This document shows positions 13,938 to 25,689 of a DNA stretch of 64,000 nucleotides, one piece after another. The notes beneath the pieces are model-generated. The model did no database searches, was not told the DNA's origin, and saw only the letters and a program-made list of their open reading frames with translations. How positions within the stretch are numbered: the stretch's first letter is position 1; every line of letters starts with the position of its first letter. Location of the stretch: contig CM102289.1 of assembly GCA_046563655.1 (NCBI GenBank), positions 3,968,001-4,032,000 of the forward strand, written 5' to 3'. Position numbers and translations under genes: made by a program. The DNA is from Yuukianura sp. NJ FZ-2021. Lineage: Eukaryota.

Positions 13938-14481
13938 TAAGCTTGTTACTTTAAGCTACAACCTGAATTCGATGGATTAAGAATCGATTAGCCTTAAAAT
14001 TTCATTATGTTGCAATTATTCTAATAATTTTTCTTCCACCCTCACAATAAATCCGAACGCTTCAGCATCAACACTACACCATTAGCTATGAAATATTTAG
14101 AATTTGCAGAACTTTTACAACGACGGACTGTGTAGGCCGTTTTGGCACAGTTTACTGGCTATCGGCCAATTCCGAAAGTATAGCGACTCTTAGATATTTT
14201 GGTAGCATGTCATCCTAGGAGTGTAAAAGATTTTGACGAGTCGTAGCCCAGCCTTTGTATAGCTATCGTAGAATTGGAACAGGAAATCAACCGAATTCCG
14301 AAGGAGTCGCGTTGTCTTCATTCTAACTTCGTGTGGCTAATAATAGAACGAGAAGATCAGCTTTCCTAGTCTCTGAAAATCTATCCGTCTAAAATCAGTT
14401 CTAAAAAGAACCAGTCTTCGTCCCACTTGAGCTGTTGAACGCTATCAGTGCCGTCGTCGCCCAAAAAGATTTCTACACAAA

Positions 14482-15515
14482 ATGGTAAGAATTTGAAATA
14501 ATAAAAATTAATGTTATCAAATATTTTTTTTTGTAAAATGAAGTTTGTAATTTTTAGGCCGATTTAGACAAGGAACAAAAAGCAAGTGAGTACGACCCTT
14601 AAGGGCACAAATTGAGTGCATATCGGTTGACTAATATTGGAATCAGGAAACAAAAATATTAACACCCAATTTTTTTAGTTCTGCAAAAGGCCTTTGACAG
14701 TTTTGCTCAAGGCAAGTCCTACATTACACCTGAAATGGTTGGATCCATTCTGCGCATGATGGGAACTGCCTTCACGACGGAGACTCTGCGCGAGACAATC
14801 GCTGAAGTAGACGAAGATGGTAGGCGTCTTTTGTTTCGAAAAACCCAGCGTACTTTTTTTTAGCGGAATTGTGAATTGTGCTTAAGCCAATACTTAATCA
14901 TGGATTTTCCAAAAAAATTCCTTTCAAGTTCCAAAAATTCAAACCACTTGCTATAGTTTTTGCTCTTACCATTTCTGCATTTAGACAATGACCTATAAAC
15001 TAATCATATTCTAAAAAAATTTTTCCTTGAGAACTTGGTAACGCATTGTAACAATCCTAACGACTGTGTAGGGTCTGGTCAAATTGAATTCGCGGAGTTT
15101 TGTATATTGGCTGCCAAATTCATCATTGAGGAAGATGACGCTGACGTAGCAAGGGAACTGAAGGAAGCCTTCAGGCTCTACGACAAAGAAGGTAAATTTA
15201 CTTAAGCCTTTTAGCTGTTGTAGATTTATTTAACCAACATTGTTGAATTGACATGAAACACGCATTAAATAACAAACACTGCCGAAATTTTAGGTCAAGG
15301 TTTCATCAGCACGAAAATCCTCAAACAAATTCTGCACGAAATCGATGAGAATCTGACAGATGCTGAATTGGATGGAATCATTGAAGAAGTCGATGAGGAC
15401 GGTTCAGGAACTGTTGATTTCGATGGTAAAGTTAACATTTTTAACATTACATTAAGGCAATTCTTTAATTTTATTTTTAAACTTTTCAGAGTTCATGGAA
15501 ATGATGACCGGTTGA
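14482..15515 (+). CDS. TpnC: Troponin C (6 coding exons, first is ATG only)
   Basis: [19 protein letters not shown]...ILRMMG...[27 protein letters not shown]...[17 protein letters not shown]...[21 protein letters not shown], the characteristic arthropod TnC C-terminus. Confidence 0.95.
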
Positions 15516-16380
15516 TTCTGTTCTTACTGCTTTTGAAATTTTGGTCTTTTCATGCTCCAACGCCACCCACATAAAATAGCGTGTGCCAAATTTTGTTTCT
15601 GGATTTGCGTCATCTTGAAAGGACAATAAAACTTTTGTTGAAGATCTGAAATTTTTTTGATATGTTCCAGATTGTGTCATATCTAACGATGCAATTAATG
15701 AAGTTTTCATAAGGTTAAGTAAGCTGAAACTGATTTTAATCGTGGCATGAAATGAATCTTTTTTCTCATTCAATTTACGTTAATCTTGTTCACGTGGGAA
15801 AAGTCCTCCTGACAGCCACCCATGGTATGCATGCAAGTTTTATTTTTTAACTTTTTTATTAGAACCTGCTCCACTTGTACTTCACACTTAAAATTTCATC
15901 TTGTCTCACAGTGGTAGTCGGAGTGTCAAGGTCAAAGGTTTCTCTGCGGAGTGCAGCCGGTACTTGGCAACAAGATTTAAATGTTGAATGAGAGAGCATG
16001 ATTGAATGAATTCAATTGCTTTGCGGTGAAGTTGTGGAAGATTTGCAAATTCTGTGAGGTTGGAGTCGTGCTCCTTTTAGCCAATTTTAATTCTGCATCG
16101 CGGGACGACTTTTTTGAAGTTCACGAAGCCGAACAAACAAGCCCGAAAACCACTTGCCTTTCACCCCTTCTTTACATCTCATCTGTCATTTACGTCCTCA
16201 CATTAAGTGCACATCTGATTTCTTGACTTGATCTACCAAGTATTTTCCGAATCGGTGTGACAGTACGGTACTGACAGACTGCGACCTTAAACTCCTATGT
16301 AAGTGCATAAAATTGGTTTAATTTTAATTTGTAGGTTGCAGAGATTGATAAAAACGATTGTGAAGAGAGTTTATAGGCCC

Positions 16381-16499
16381 GATGACCTCTGTGACCTCTG
16401 CAACCTTGACCATTGTCAAGGTTATACGTCATGCCTATGTTTGCGAAACATAGAAAACCTTGAAAGTTTGAAGGTCCCAGAGGTCACCAGGAGGTCAAA
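16381..16499. repeat. Imperfect inverted repeat rich in AGGTCA half-sites, in the probable 5'UTR intron of desaturase 1
   Basis: TGACCTCTGTGACCTCTGCAACCTT (16383-16407) vs AAGGTCCCAGAGGTCACCAGGAGGTCA (16471-16497). Lies between a GTAAGT donor at 16299 and an AG at 16590. Confidence 0.5.
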
Positions 16500-16594
16500 C
16501 TCTATCTGCAAATTCCATAAGTAGATGAACTCTAAAAATGAATCTATGAGTTTAGTTATGTAATAAAATTGTTGTATTTGTTTCTTTTAGAAGG

Positions 16595-18208
16595 ATGCCA
16601 CCAAATCCTAGGATTGAAAACAATGTGGCACCGGGTTCAGATTCGACCTTTGAAACCAAAGTGAAGAAGGAAATTTTGTACGATGGATACTTCTACGATG
16701 TCACGGAATGGGTGAAACGACATCCAGGAGGAAAAATTATTGAATTTTATACGGATAGTGGGGAGGATGCGACCTTGGCTGTTCAGCAGTTTCATCAAAG
16801 GTCAACCAAGAAGGTCATGGGCATCATGAGTTCACTCAAGAAACGACCCGCTACAGTTCAAGCTCTGAGCGAACGTAAGTTCTTCAATTCGTGGATTTTT
16901 CGGTTTGATAAATTCATATTTGTTTTGGTGCTAGGTGGACTAGACAATGAAACTTTGAGACGCCATGACGCTCTCACCATTGACTTTCAAGCACTTTTCG
17001 AAGAACTAAAGGCTGAAGGAAAGTTTATTCCATCTCCGATCCATGTCACTTACCGACTTATGGAACTCGTGATCTTCGCTGCTCTTGGAATCTACTTGAT
17101 TCTCCAGGATGCGTTGTGGCTAAAGACACTAGGAGTATTGAGCTTCGCAATGTTTCAAGGTCGTGCGGGATGGCTACAGCATGAAGGAGGTCATCACTCA
17201 TTGACGGGAAACCCAAAGGTGGATCGACTTATTCAGGCTCTCGTATATGGTAAAAATCATCTTAGAATTCTGAAATTCAGCATTAGATTGCGTAAGATCT
17301 ATTTTTTTCAAAATAAAATTCAGGACTTGGTGATGGAATGGCTTCAAGATGGTGGTCCAGTCAACATAACCGCCATCACGCCATGCCGCAACGTTTGAAG
17401 CGCGATGTGGATCTCGAGACATTACCGCTGCTGGCTTTTAATTCCAAAGTAGTCAAAAATCCAAAGCATGGGAAAACATTCCTAATCCAAAATCAGGTTA
17501 GAAATCAAAACTTACGTCGTAATTTGAGGTTTCGAAAGCTTCAGGTACTTTTCTCACGAAAATTATGGACTTTTTTTTGAATTAGGCAATACTGTTCCTG
17601 GCGATAGATACGTTGTTGGTAGCTACAATGTGGAAAATTTACCTTCATCCACGCTACGTAATACAGCGAGGAAACTACCACCAATTTATTTTCATGGCTC
17701 TTCACTACGTCCTTGCGTACTACGTTGGCTTCGTTCCGTACATGATCTCTGTCTGGCTCGCGTCTGCGTACATCTTTGGCAACTTTGCTCTTTCCCACAC
17801 CCATTTGCCAGTGACATCAGGGCCCCTGCATTGGGTAGAATACGCACTACTCCATACCATGGACGTGGAACCATCTTGGTGGTGCAATTGGTGGATGAGC
17901 TACTTGAACTTTCAGGTGATTTCAAACGCAAATTATTTATGAAATAGTGTAATTTAAAAGCAAAATCTCACATTCAAAAAAAAAATCTCAAATCATTTTT
18001 CAAAACCTCAAACGAATTTTTTTAAATCTAGATCGAGCATCATTTATTCCCGACGATGCCTCAATTCAGACATCCGCAAATCACAGACAGAGTGCGAAAA
18101 TTGGCAGAGAAACATGGAATTCCTTACCATTGTGCGTCCTACTCCGATGCAGTGTGCCTCACATTCAAGAATCTGGAACATGTATCCGAGGATCTCAGAC
18201 ACCAGTGA
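16595..18208 (+). CDS. Front-end (delta-4/5/6/8-type) fatty acyl desaturase with cytochrome b5 domain, copy 1
   Basis: HPGG heme motif and His boxes HEGGH, HNRHH and Q|IEHH. Five coding exons, stop TGA 18206-18208. Confidence 0.95.
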
Positions 18209-18697
18209 CCTGTGACATTATCAACCTCAGTCTATAACTTACTTCCTGCAAAGTAACAACTATGACTGGTTGGACAACATCGATATTTTATTAATAATAT
18301 ACAAATTGCTATTCGGCCATCCTTAAAGTTAAATAGTAGATATTGGAAAAATTAAAGTTAGGAATGTCAATCTCAACATTCTCGTTAGAAAACAATTTCT
18401 TAAGATTGTTTCAGGCATGGGTAGACATAAAAGATTTACAATGTTAAATTCTCAACCTCAGAAGCACATTATGTTAAATAAATCTTAGCAGTTAAAACTG
18501 CTAGACTTTTGGAATATTTTTTTTTGAAATAGTTCAGGGTGCTTAGAAAAAAGGCGGTTATGAAATACCCTTTTTATTAAATATATTTCAATTTCAAAAG
18601 TACATTTTGTTACGTAAAAATTGAATAGTTTTTGTTATAAGCAAAAAGGAAGGAATTCTTATTAGACAACGCATAAGGCCCAAAAATATTGCTAATT

Positions 18698-20559
18698 TTA
18701 GGCATAAGGCTTTCCTTTAGTGAATCGATTGATCAAATCAAAACCCCATATTGGTTGATCGTATGGCAGGATGTGTCCAGCATTACGAACGAGCAGATAT
18801 GTCAGATTGTTTGCAGATTTCACATAACCTGCAATTTCTTTTCCTACTTTCCAAATTTTTTTGTCTGCCTTTGAGTATGCTTCGGCTCCATTCCACTTCA
18901 TTTTGTCCAGCATTTGTTCTGTGTTGACATGCGCAACGATGATATCTAATTGTCCAGAATACAGCAGGACTTTGTAGCCTTCCGGTGCTTCGAGCAGCTC
19001 TACAATCCATGGAACAACACTTTTGTACATGTCTTCCCTGAGAAATTTCTGGACTTTCTTGTCTTCATCAAAAGACCGATTCCCTACGTGAATTCCACGA
19101 CGAACATGTGCTTGTTGAACAAATTTGGAGTAGTATTCGTGGTCTGAGGGTTCATCTTTCATTAGGTAGTTGAAGTAGAACGTAAATCCAGTGACGTTTG
19201 TAAAATACGGAGTTCCCAAAATGTCGCCATCCATCAACTGGTCCATAATCTGAATGATTTAAAATTTTGTTACTTTTTGAATATTTTCCAAATCAAGTTA
19301 TAGCAAATTCATGTTGTTTTTTTTTAAACCGGACCTCAAATGCTTCCATCCACTTCCCACTGTTTATAGCATCTCTACACGCTTGCTCTTGTTGATGAAA
19401 ATATTTTTGTTCTTTGTCGTCTATTAATCCAACGTTTTTCAAATAAGTTCCGTAGTTAAGCATATTCACTGGATCAGAAAATCCATCTCCAATGGCAATT
19501 CCTTTCAAGTTGATGCGGACTTGTGGAGACTTCTGATTTTCAATATGGATTTTATGAGCGATCGCAGGGAGATACTTTCCTAAAAATTAGGAAGTTATTC
19601 TTGTACTTACTTTCTGATTTTGGTGAATTTTTTTTCCTGAAAATGCTCTTGAGAAGAGACCACTCCATACAGAAACCAACAAAAATTATTTACGACAGGA
19701 CTAAAAGTTACCTGCATAAGATTCCCCTGTGACATAGAAGTCTCTGGACTGATAGTCCGGAAACAACGTAAAGAATTGCGTAAGGGCACTATAGAGGTCA
19801 CGACCTACGTCCTCTTCGGTTCTCGCATATCCATCATCGTGGTCAGTAAAACTGAATCCTACATTTAGACCGATGTTAATAAGGTCTTGATGAAAAGCAA
19901 AGTGTTTCGCTTTTCTAAAGCCTGAATAATACCCGTTCCAACAGGATTTTCAAAATAGATGACTGAGTGCGTCAGTGTCCAGGCCGTGTTGCGCAACTCC
20001 AAGTTCATGTTTTCGTCCACCCGAAACGGCCCGTTTTCCACAAAAAGCCCAAACATTGAAGAACCTCCAGGTCCGCCTAGTGTATAACAAAATGTTATGA
20101 TTTTTCCACATAATTAATGATATCTTTCAACATTAACATTACCTTGCAACCAAATTAAGACCGGTGCAGATTGAGGGTTGAACTGAAATGATGCAAAAAG
20201 CAATTTTTTAGAAACTAATTTCTGAAAAATTTCGATTTAATTTTCAAAGTCGGAACCAAACTTACAACAGCAGGAAAAAACCAGAAGAACATATTGGAGT
20301 TGTATTTGGAATTGACCGTAAAGAAGCCGCTATAACTGACAACATTGGTGGGATTAGTGACCTTGGACAAATTCCGAGCTTGCTCCAGTTTTCCATCCTT
20401 GATGAGTGGCGTAAGGAAGAGCGCTTCTCCGACATCTTCGTTGCGTGTTTCGAAAACACGACGTTTTGAATAAATTCTCGACGGAGAAATACAATCGATC
20501 ACTGCTGGATAAATAAATGATAGTACGAGAAACAACAAAATTGGCTTTCGAAACTTCAT
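18698..20559 (-). CDS. CPVL: Serine carboxypeptidase S10 (CPVL/vitellogenic carboxypeptidase-like)
   Basis: Signal peptide, SYSGFFTVN..YNSNMFFWFFP, WLQGGPGGSSMFGLFVENGP, NPVGTGFSF, catalytic GESYAGKY, YSGQLDII and NAGHILPYDQP. Confidence 0.93.
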
Positions 20560-21850
20560 TGTTGCAGTAGAAAGTGTTAGGAGAGAGTCAGCACGTCTGG
20601 ATTCTGCCGCAACTTTAGCTCATAGCAGTTCGTATATTTGGACCCTAACTAAACAAAACTCAACAGTCCTCCTTAAGTTCAAAGCTCGAGTTTCATATCA
20701 GCATGATTCAATGACTTTTGAAGAGCAAAACGAGGTCAAACAGGATTTTTACGAAGCAAAATAAGAAAGGCATCTTTTTTCTACTGGACACCAGTCTCTT
20801 ATATTCGGCAGACTTATTACATGCCACTCTTTTCTCTTTTAAGTCTATTTGGACCTTTCTCAATAACGACATAATCTCTCTTAAGTCAAAAGATGTTCGA
20901 CCGGCATTGAGAATGTTGACAAAACTAAAACTACGGCGTGTCTCGTTTTGAGAACACGGTTTTCAAATTCGAAAATCGCCTTACAAACCGCTAGCTTTGC
21001 TAAATATCCATTTTTTGAAATTGTGGCCACAAACCTAAAAGGAAGAGCTTTTTTGGAAGGTTAATTTTTCCATAACCCAAAAATACAACAACAAAAACTG
21101 TCAAACAAAAGGCAAACTACGGTGTACAATGTACACTGTACATGCTGCATAACTAGTAAACCTTCCTGGATTAGTAAAATTTAGCCAATAAATTATGGCA
21201 ATTCCAAATCTTTGAAAATAACACATGGACAGAGGAGCAACTTTTACTTTTTAAATGTGTTAAATATATTTTTTATTGCAAACGCTACTCCTGCATTACT
21301 TTCATCTTGGAGTTCGCATGTACATGTGTACCAACGGCGTTATTGCACTAAAAACTGTTTTTAATCACAATTAAAACTAAAACTGTTTTGAACAAAAATG
21401 TGACGTCCGTGTTTATATTACTCATCGCACAGAAAATTTTGTCTCAAAAATCCATCATACTACTGACTCTGCTAGATGCTAAGAAGGAATATGACATACT
21501 AATTTTATTTTTAAAACATCTTAACCCGTTCAAAAAAGACGCAATGCTTTTGACAGATGCCATCGAAATCCACAACCAAGAGGATTCAGACGTACGCTTC
21601 AGTTGAAGAAACGAAGCGCCTATTTCATAAAAATGATAAAACAATCACGAAATTATCTGGATTCAAATGAAAAAAATTGACGTAATAATTTCCAGTGAAA
21701 AATGACAAAAAGACAGCCACATCAAGGTTACTTTCACGCATGTCAACAATTCCTAAGTCCGCATTAACAAGAAGCGACAGAACAGATTTCCTTTTAGTTA
21801 GTTCGAGATAATTTAGTTGTGTTGTATAAAGTAATTACAGTAAAATAGAA

Positions 21851-23478
21851 ATGGCACCGAATCAAACAACAGGAGGAAACGTAGAAACACACTCAGATTC
21901 TACGCTTGAAACAAAGATCAGGAAAGAGATTTTATACGACGGTCAATTTTACGATGTCACGGAATGGGTCAAACGACATCCAGGAGGAAGAATCATTGAA
22001 TTCTATACGGACTGTGGGGAAGATGCTACTTTGGCTATTCAGCAGTTCCACCAAAGATCATTTGAAAAGGTTACAGGCATCATGAGTTCACTCAAAAAGC
22101 GACCCGCTACAGCCCAGGCTCTGAACGAACGTAATGATTACATTATGAGTCGTAATTTATTGAATTGATAAGTTTTTCAGTTGAAAAAATTCATGTTTTT
22201 GAATTTGGTGGTAGAAGCAGAACTGGATAATGAAAGGCGGAGGCGCCACGGCGCTCTTACCCAGGACTTTCAAGCACTTTTCGAAGAACTCAAGGCCGAA
22301 GGAAAGTTTACTCCGTCTCCGATCCATGTCACTTATCGACTGCTGGAAGTCGCAATTTTCGCGGTGCTTGGAGTCTACTTGCTGTTCTGTGAAACGTTTT
22401 GGCTGAAAGCAATCGGAGTTTTGAGTTTTGCGATGTTTCAAGGTAGGGCAGGATGGGTTCAGCATGAGGGAGGCCATCACTCATTGACTGGCAATCCAAA
22501 AGCGGATCGATTTATTCAAGCTGCTGTTTTTGGTAACGAAATGTTTATTCGAAAATGACATTCTTCTAAAAACAACACAAAGCGAAACGTTTGTTTTGCT
22601 AGGACTGGCAGACGGAATGGCAGCAACCTGGTGGTCCAGTCAGCATAACCGCCACCACGCCATGCCGCAACGTCTGTCGCGAGATGTGGACCTAGAAACA
22701 CTTCCGTTGCTAGCATTCAATTCAAAAGTTGTGAAAAATCCAAACCATGGAAGAACGTTTTTTCTTCAAAATCAGGTAACACATTCATGTTTCAGTCGTA
22801 AAACGACGAAATTTGGTAACTTTGAAAGCTTCTTAGTGTTGATTGTAGTAAAAGTATTTGGCACAATCAGTAATTTTTTGTGCTGTTTCGGTTAGGCAGT
22901 TCTGATGGTAGCAGTAGATACCTTGTTAGTCTCTACCATGTGGAAACTCTATCTTCATCCGCGCTACGTTCTGCGTCGTGGCAACTACCACCAGTTTATT
23001 TTCATGGCTCTTCATTACGTATTTGCCTACCACATTGGATTTATACCGTACATGATCTCCGTGTGGCTTGGATCTACTTACATCTTCCTGAATTTTGCAC
23101 TGTCTCATTCTCATCTTCCCATTGCATCTGGCCCACTACATTGGGTTGAATATGCATTCCTCCATACAATGGATGTGGAATCATCTTGGTGGTGTAACTG
23201 GTGGATGAGTTACTTGAACTTCCATGTAATTCAGAGTACTTAACATACTCAAATTCAAGAATGAGTTGTTGGACAGTTAAAACTTTTGTTTTCTTTTGAA
23301 GATTGAACACCACCTCTTCCCGACAATGCCAGGATTCAGGCATCCACAAATCGCTGATAGAGTGCGAAAGTTGGCGGAAAGACATGGAATTCCTTATCGA
23401 TGTTCGTCTTACTTTGACGCAGTACGCATGACCTTCCAGAACTTGATTCATGTTTCCGAAGATCTCAGGCAGCACTAA
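21851..23478 (+). CDS. Front-end fatty acyl desaturase, copy 2 (third His box HIEHH)
   Basis: Close paralog of 16595-18208 with the same five-exon layout. HPGG, HEGGH and HNRHH are present. Exon 4 ends AAC TTC CAT|GTAATT (23226) and exon 5 starts ATT GAA CAC CAC (23302). Confidence 0.93.
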
Positions 23479-23997
23479 ACGCCCGAATTGTTTCTTTACA
23501 AGCAAATAAAAGAAAGCATGACAGGAAAATACAAGGAAAAATATTTAAAAGCAGACAGAATTTCGCATGAACCAGAGTCAGCACAAGCATCTTTCTGAAT
23601 CAATCACATTTGTCCATTAACTGACTATTCTCGTACTATTTTAGTTAACGTTAATTATCAAACTTATAGTAAATAAAACACATATTAAACATGTGCACTA
23701 ATGAAAATAAAATTTTACAATTATCTGCTTCTAGACTTCAACTTTGCATTCTCGTTCGGTGTTCAGCGGAAGCCGAACAGAAGTTGAGAGTGACCGGTGA
23801 TAGTGAAAGTTCATTTTCTGTCAATGAAGATCATACGGTGATGTCTACTTTGAGAAAAAAATTCTGGAGCTCAAGTTCAGCATTTGTGAAACTAGTTTTT
23901 TTTTCAGGGTTTCAAAACTTAATTTTTAGTTAAATTAATTAATAAATCATTCCTTTTGTTAAGTATACCATAAAAGTTCTAGGGCAAAAATATTAAA

Positions 23998-24924
23998 ATG
24001 GCAGACGGAGATTTCACCAGCGTAGTAATCGAGCCCACTTCAGTTTACGATCCAGTTCTGCAGCAGCTCCGAAGTCTATGGCTACATAGCACAGCAATTG
24101 GCGGTATTAAATTCCATCGATTACTTGATTATCGACGACAAGACAATAAGCGATGACAGGCTTAAACTAGTTGACAGCAACGGACAAACTGTGCTTGAGG
24201 TTAACATTGAGCAAATATTACCAACGTCACGGCGGGGAGACTGTGAATGTATCGGGACATCAATTGTGGAATTTTGTCTTCCTAATCACCAAGTCATCCT
24301 AAAGTCAATTCGAAATGAATTTGTAAGATTTTCCATTCGTCAGTACTTTTTAATAAAAAAGAATTAAAAGAAATTACAATAGCCCTAAAAGTAAGTCTAA
24401 ATTTCAGGAAACTCGTGTTCTGACGGGCGAAGTTGAACTAGGAAACATCTTTACCGATTGTTGCATTAGGTCACTCAGCGGCAACTTGCGTTTCCAGAAT
24501 GGTGAAGTACAGTTTAAACCAAAGGGATGTTTGACCTCTAACCTGTTGTGCTGTTGCAATTGTTGTTGCGTGTCTAACTACATTGTATGTACAAAAAATA
24601 AAGAATTCCTTGGAAACATCCATTGCGGACAACAAAAAACAATCAGATTTGAAACTGGAATCAGCCTCCAATGTAAAGCAGTCATCCTCGCTGGAGCTAT
24701 TGTAATTGTAAGGGCATTCTTGTTTAAAACATCGTTTATTTTATATAAGTATTAACGAAAAATTTTATTTTCTGTATGAGCTGTACTTTTCTCCATGCTG
24801 TGGAAATGTGGGGCTTATGGGACAACAGGGGATTTGCTATACGACTGTGTTTATTGCAGTCATCGTTGTTTGTATCTTCGCATTTGTTCCTACTGTTACC
24901 CACTTCTTTTTCAGCTTGTTCTGA
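23998..24924 (+). pseudogene. Phospholipid scramblase-like gene with an apparent frameshift (pseudogene or assembly error)
   Basis: LAVLNSIDYLII, Cys cluster CCCNCCC, and IRFETGISLQCKAVILAGAIVI, which resembles the scramblase C-terminal helix motif. The ATG at 23998 is out of frame with the 24098 ORF by one base near 24068. Confidence 0.5.
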
Positions 24925-25689
24925 TCGTATAAATAAAAGTCTCAACAGTAAAATAAAATAATAGTAGTAAAAAACACCATATTCAACGTTGTTACTAGGT
25001 TAGACGCTGGATTTAACGTTGGCAACATTAGCGTTTTATTGTAAAAGGCGCATGAGAATTGAAAATCTACGTGTTTCTATTATGGAATTATTTGTAGAAT
25101 CGAAGTTATTTGTAGACAAAAATATTTTTTTTAAAAAATTAATACAGTTAGGTTATTAACTATACGCATTTACGATTAATGCTTAAAATTGTTTTGTTCT
25201 TTCTGTGTTCAACTTCAAACTCGAAGCCTTTGCTGAGTAAAAATGGTGTACTCTAGTTACTCAAAACAGAGTTCCTCACTCTGGAATTTCCAGTTTCTTC
25301 AACCAATTGATAGCTGGCGTACATACGCTTCATGAACGAACGAAACCAAAACAGTTTCTAAGCTCAATTTTCAAAGTTACCCACATGGATGCGCAAAATT
25401 TCCGACGTATGATCCACACATGGTTCGTTTCAGTTTTATCCTTGAATTTATCATAATAAATTCATGTGTTGAAGATAGAAATTTGGTTATTTGTTTCCAT
25501 CAACAAAGGTAAAATATAAATTACTAATATATTTTATAGACATATTCACACCAGCTTCATTAACGACCAGAGTTTATTTAATTGATCGCTTTAGGGCTTC
25601 GCAATATATTTTGTGTAAAAGCAGTTGATGCTTTTCTGCCTAGATACTTCTTGGTTACTTTCCACGTCATTCCACCTCAATGCCTTATC

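Noticed and set aside
14482..15515. Degenerate EF-hands I and III in troponin C
   Set aside because: Functional Ca2+ sites limited to II and IV is the normal pattern for many arthropod TnC isoforms.
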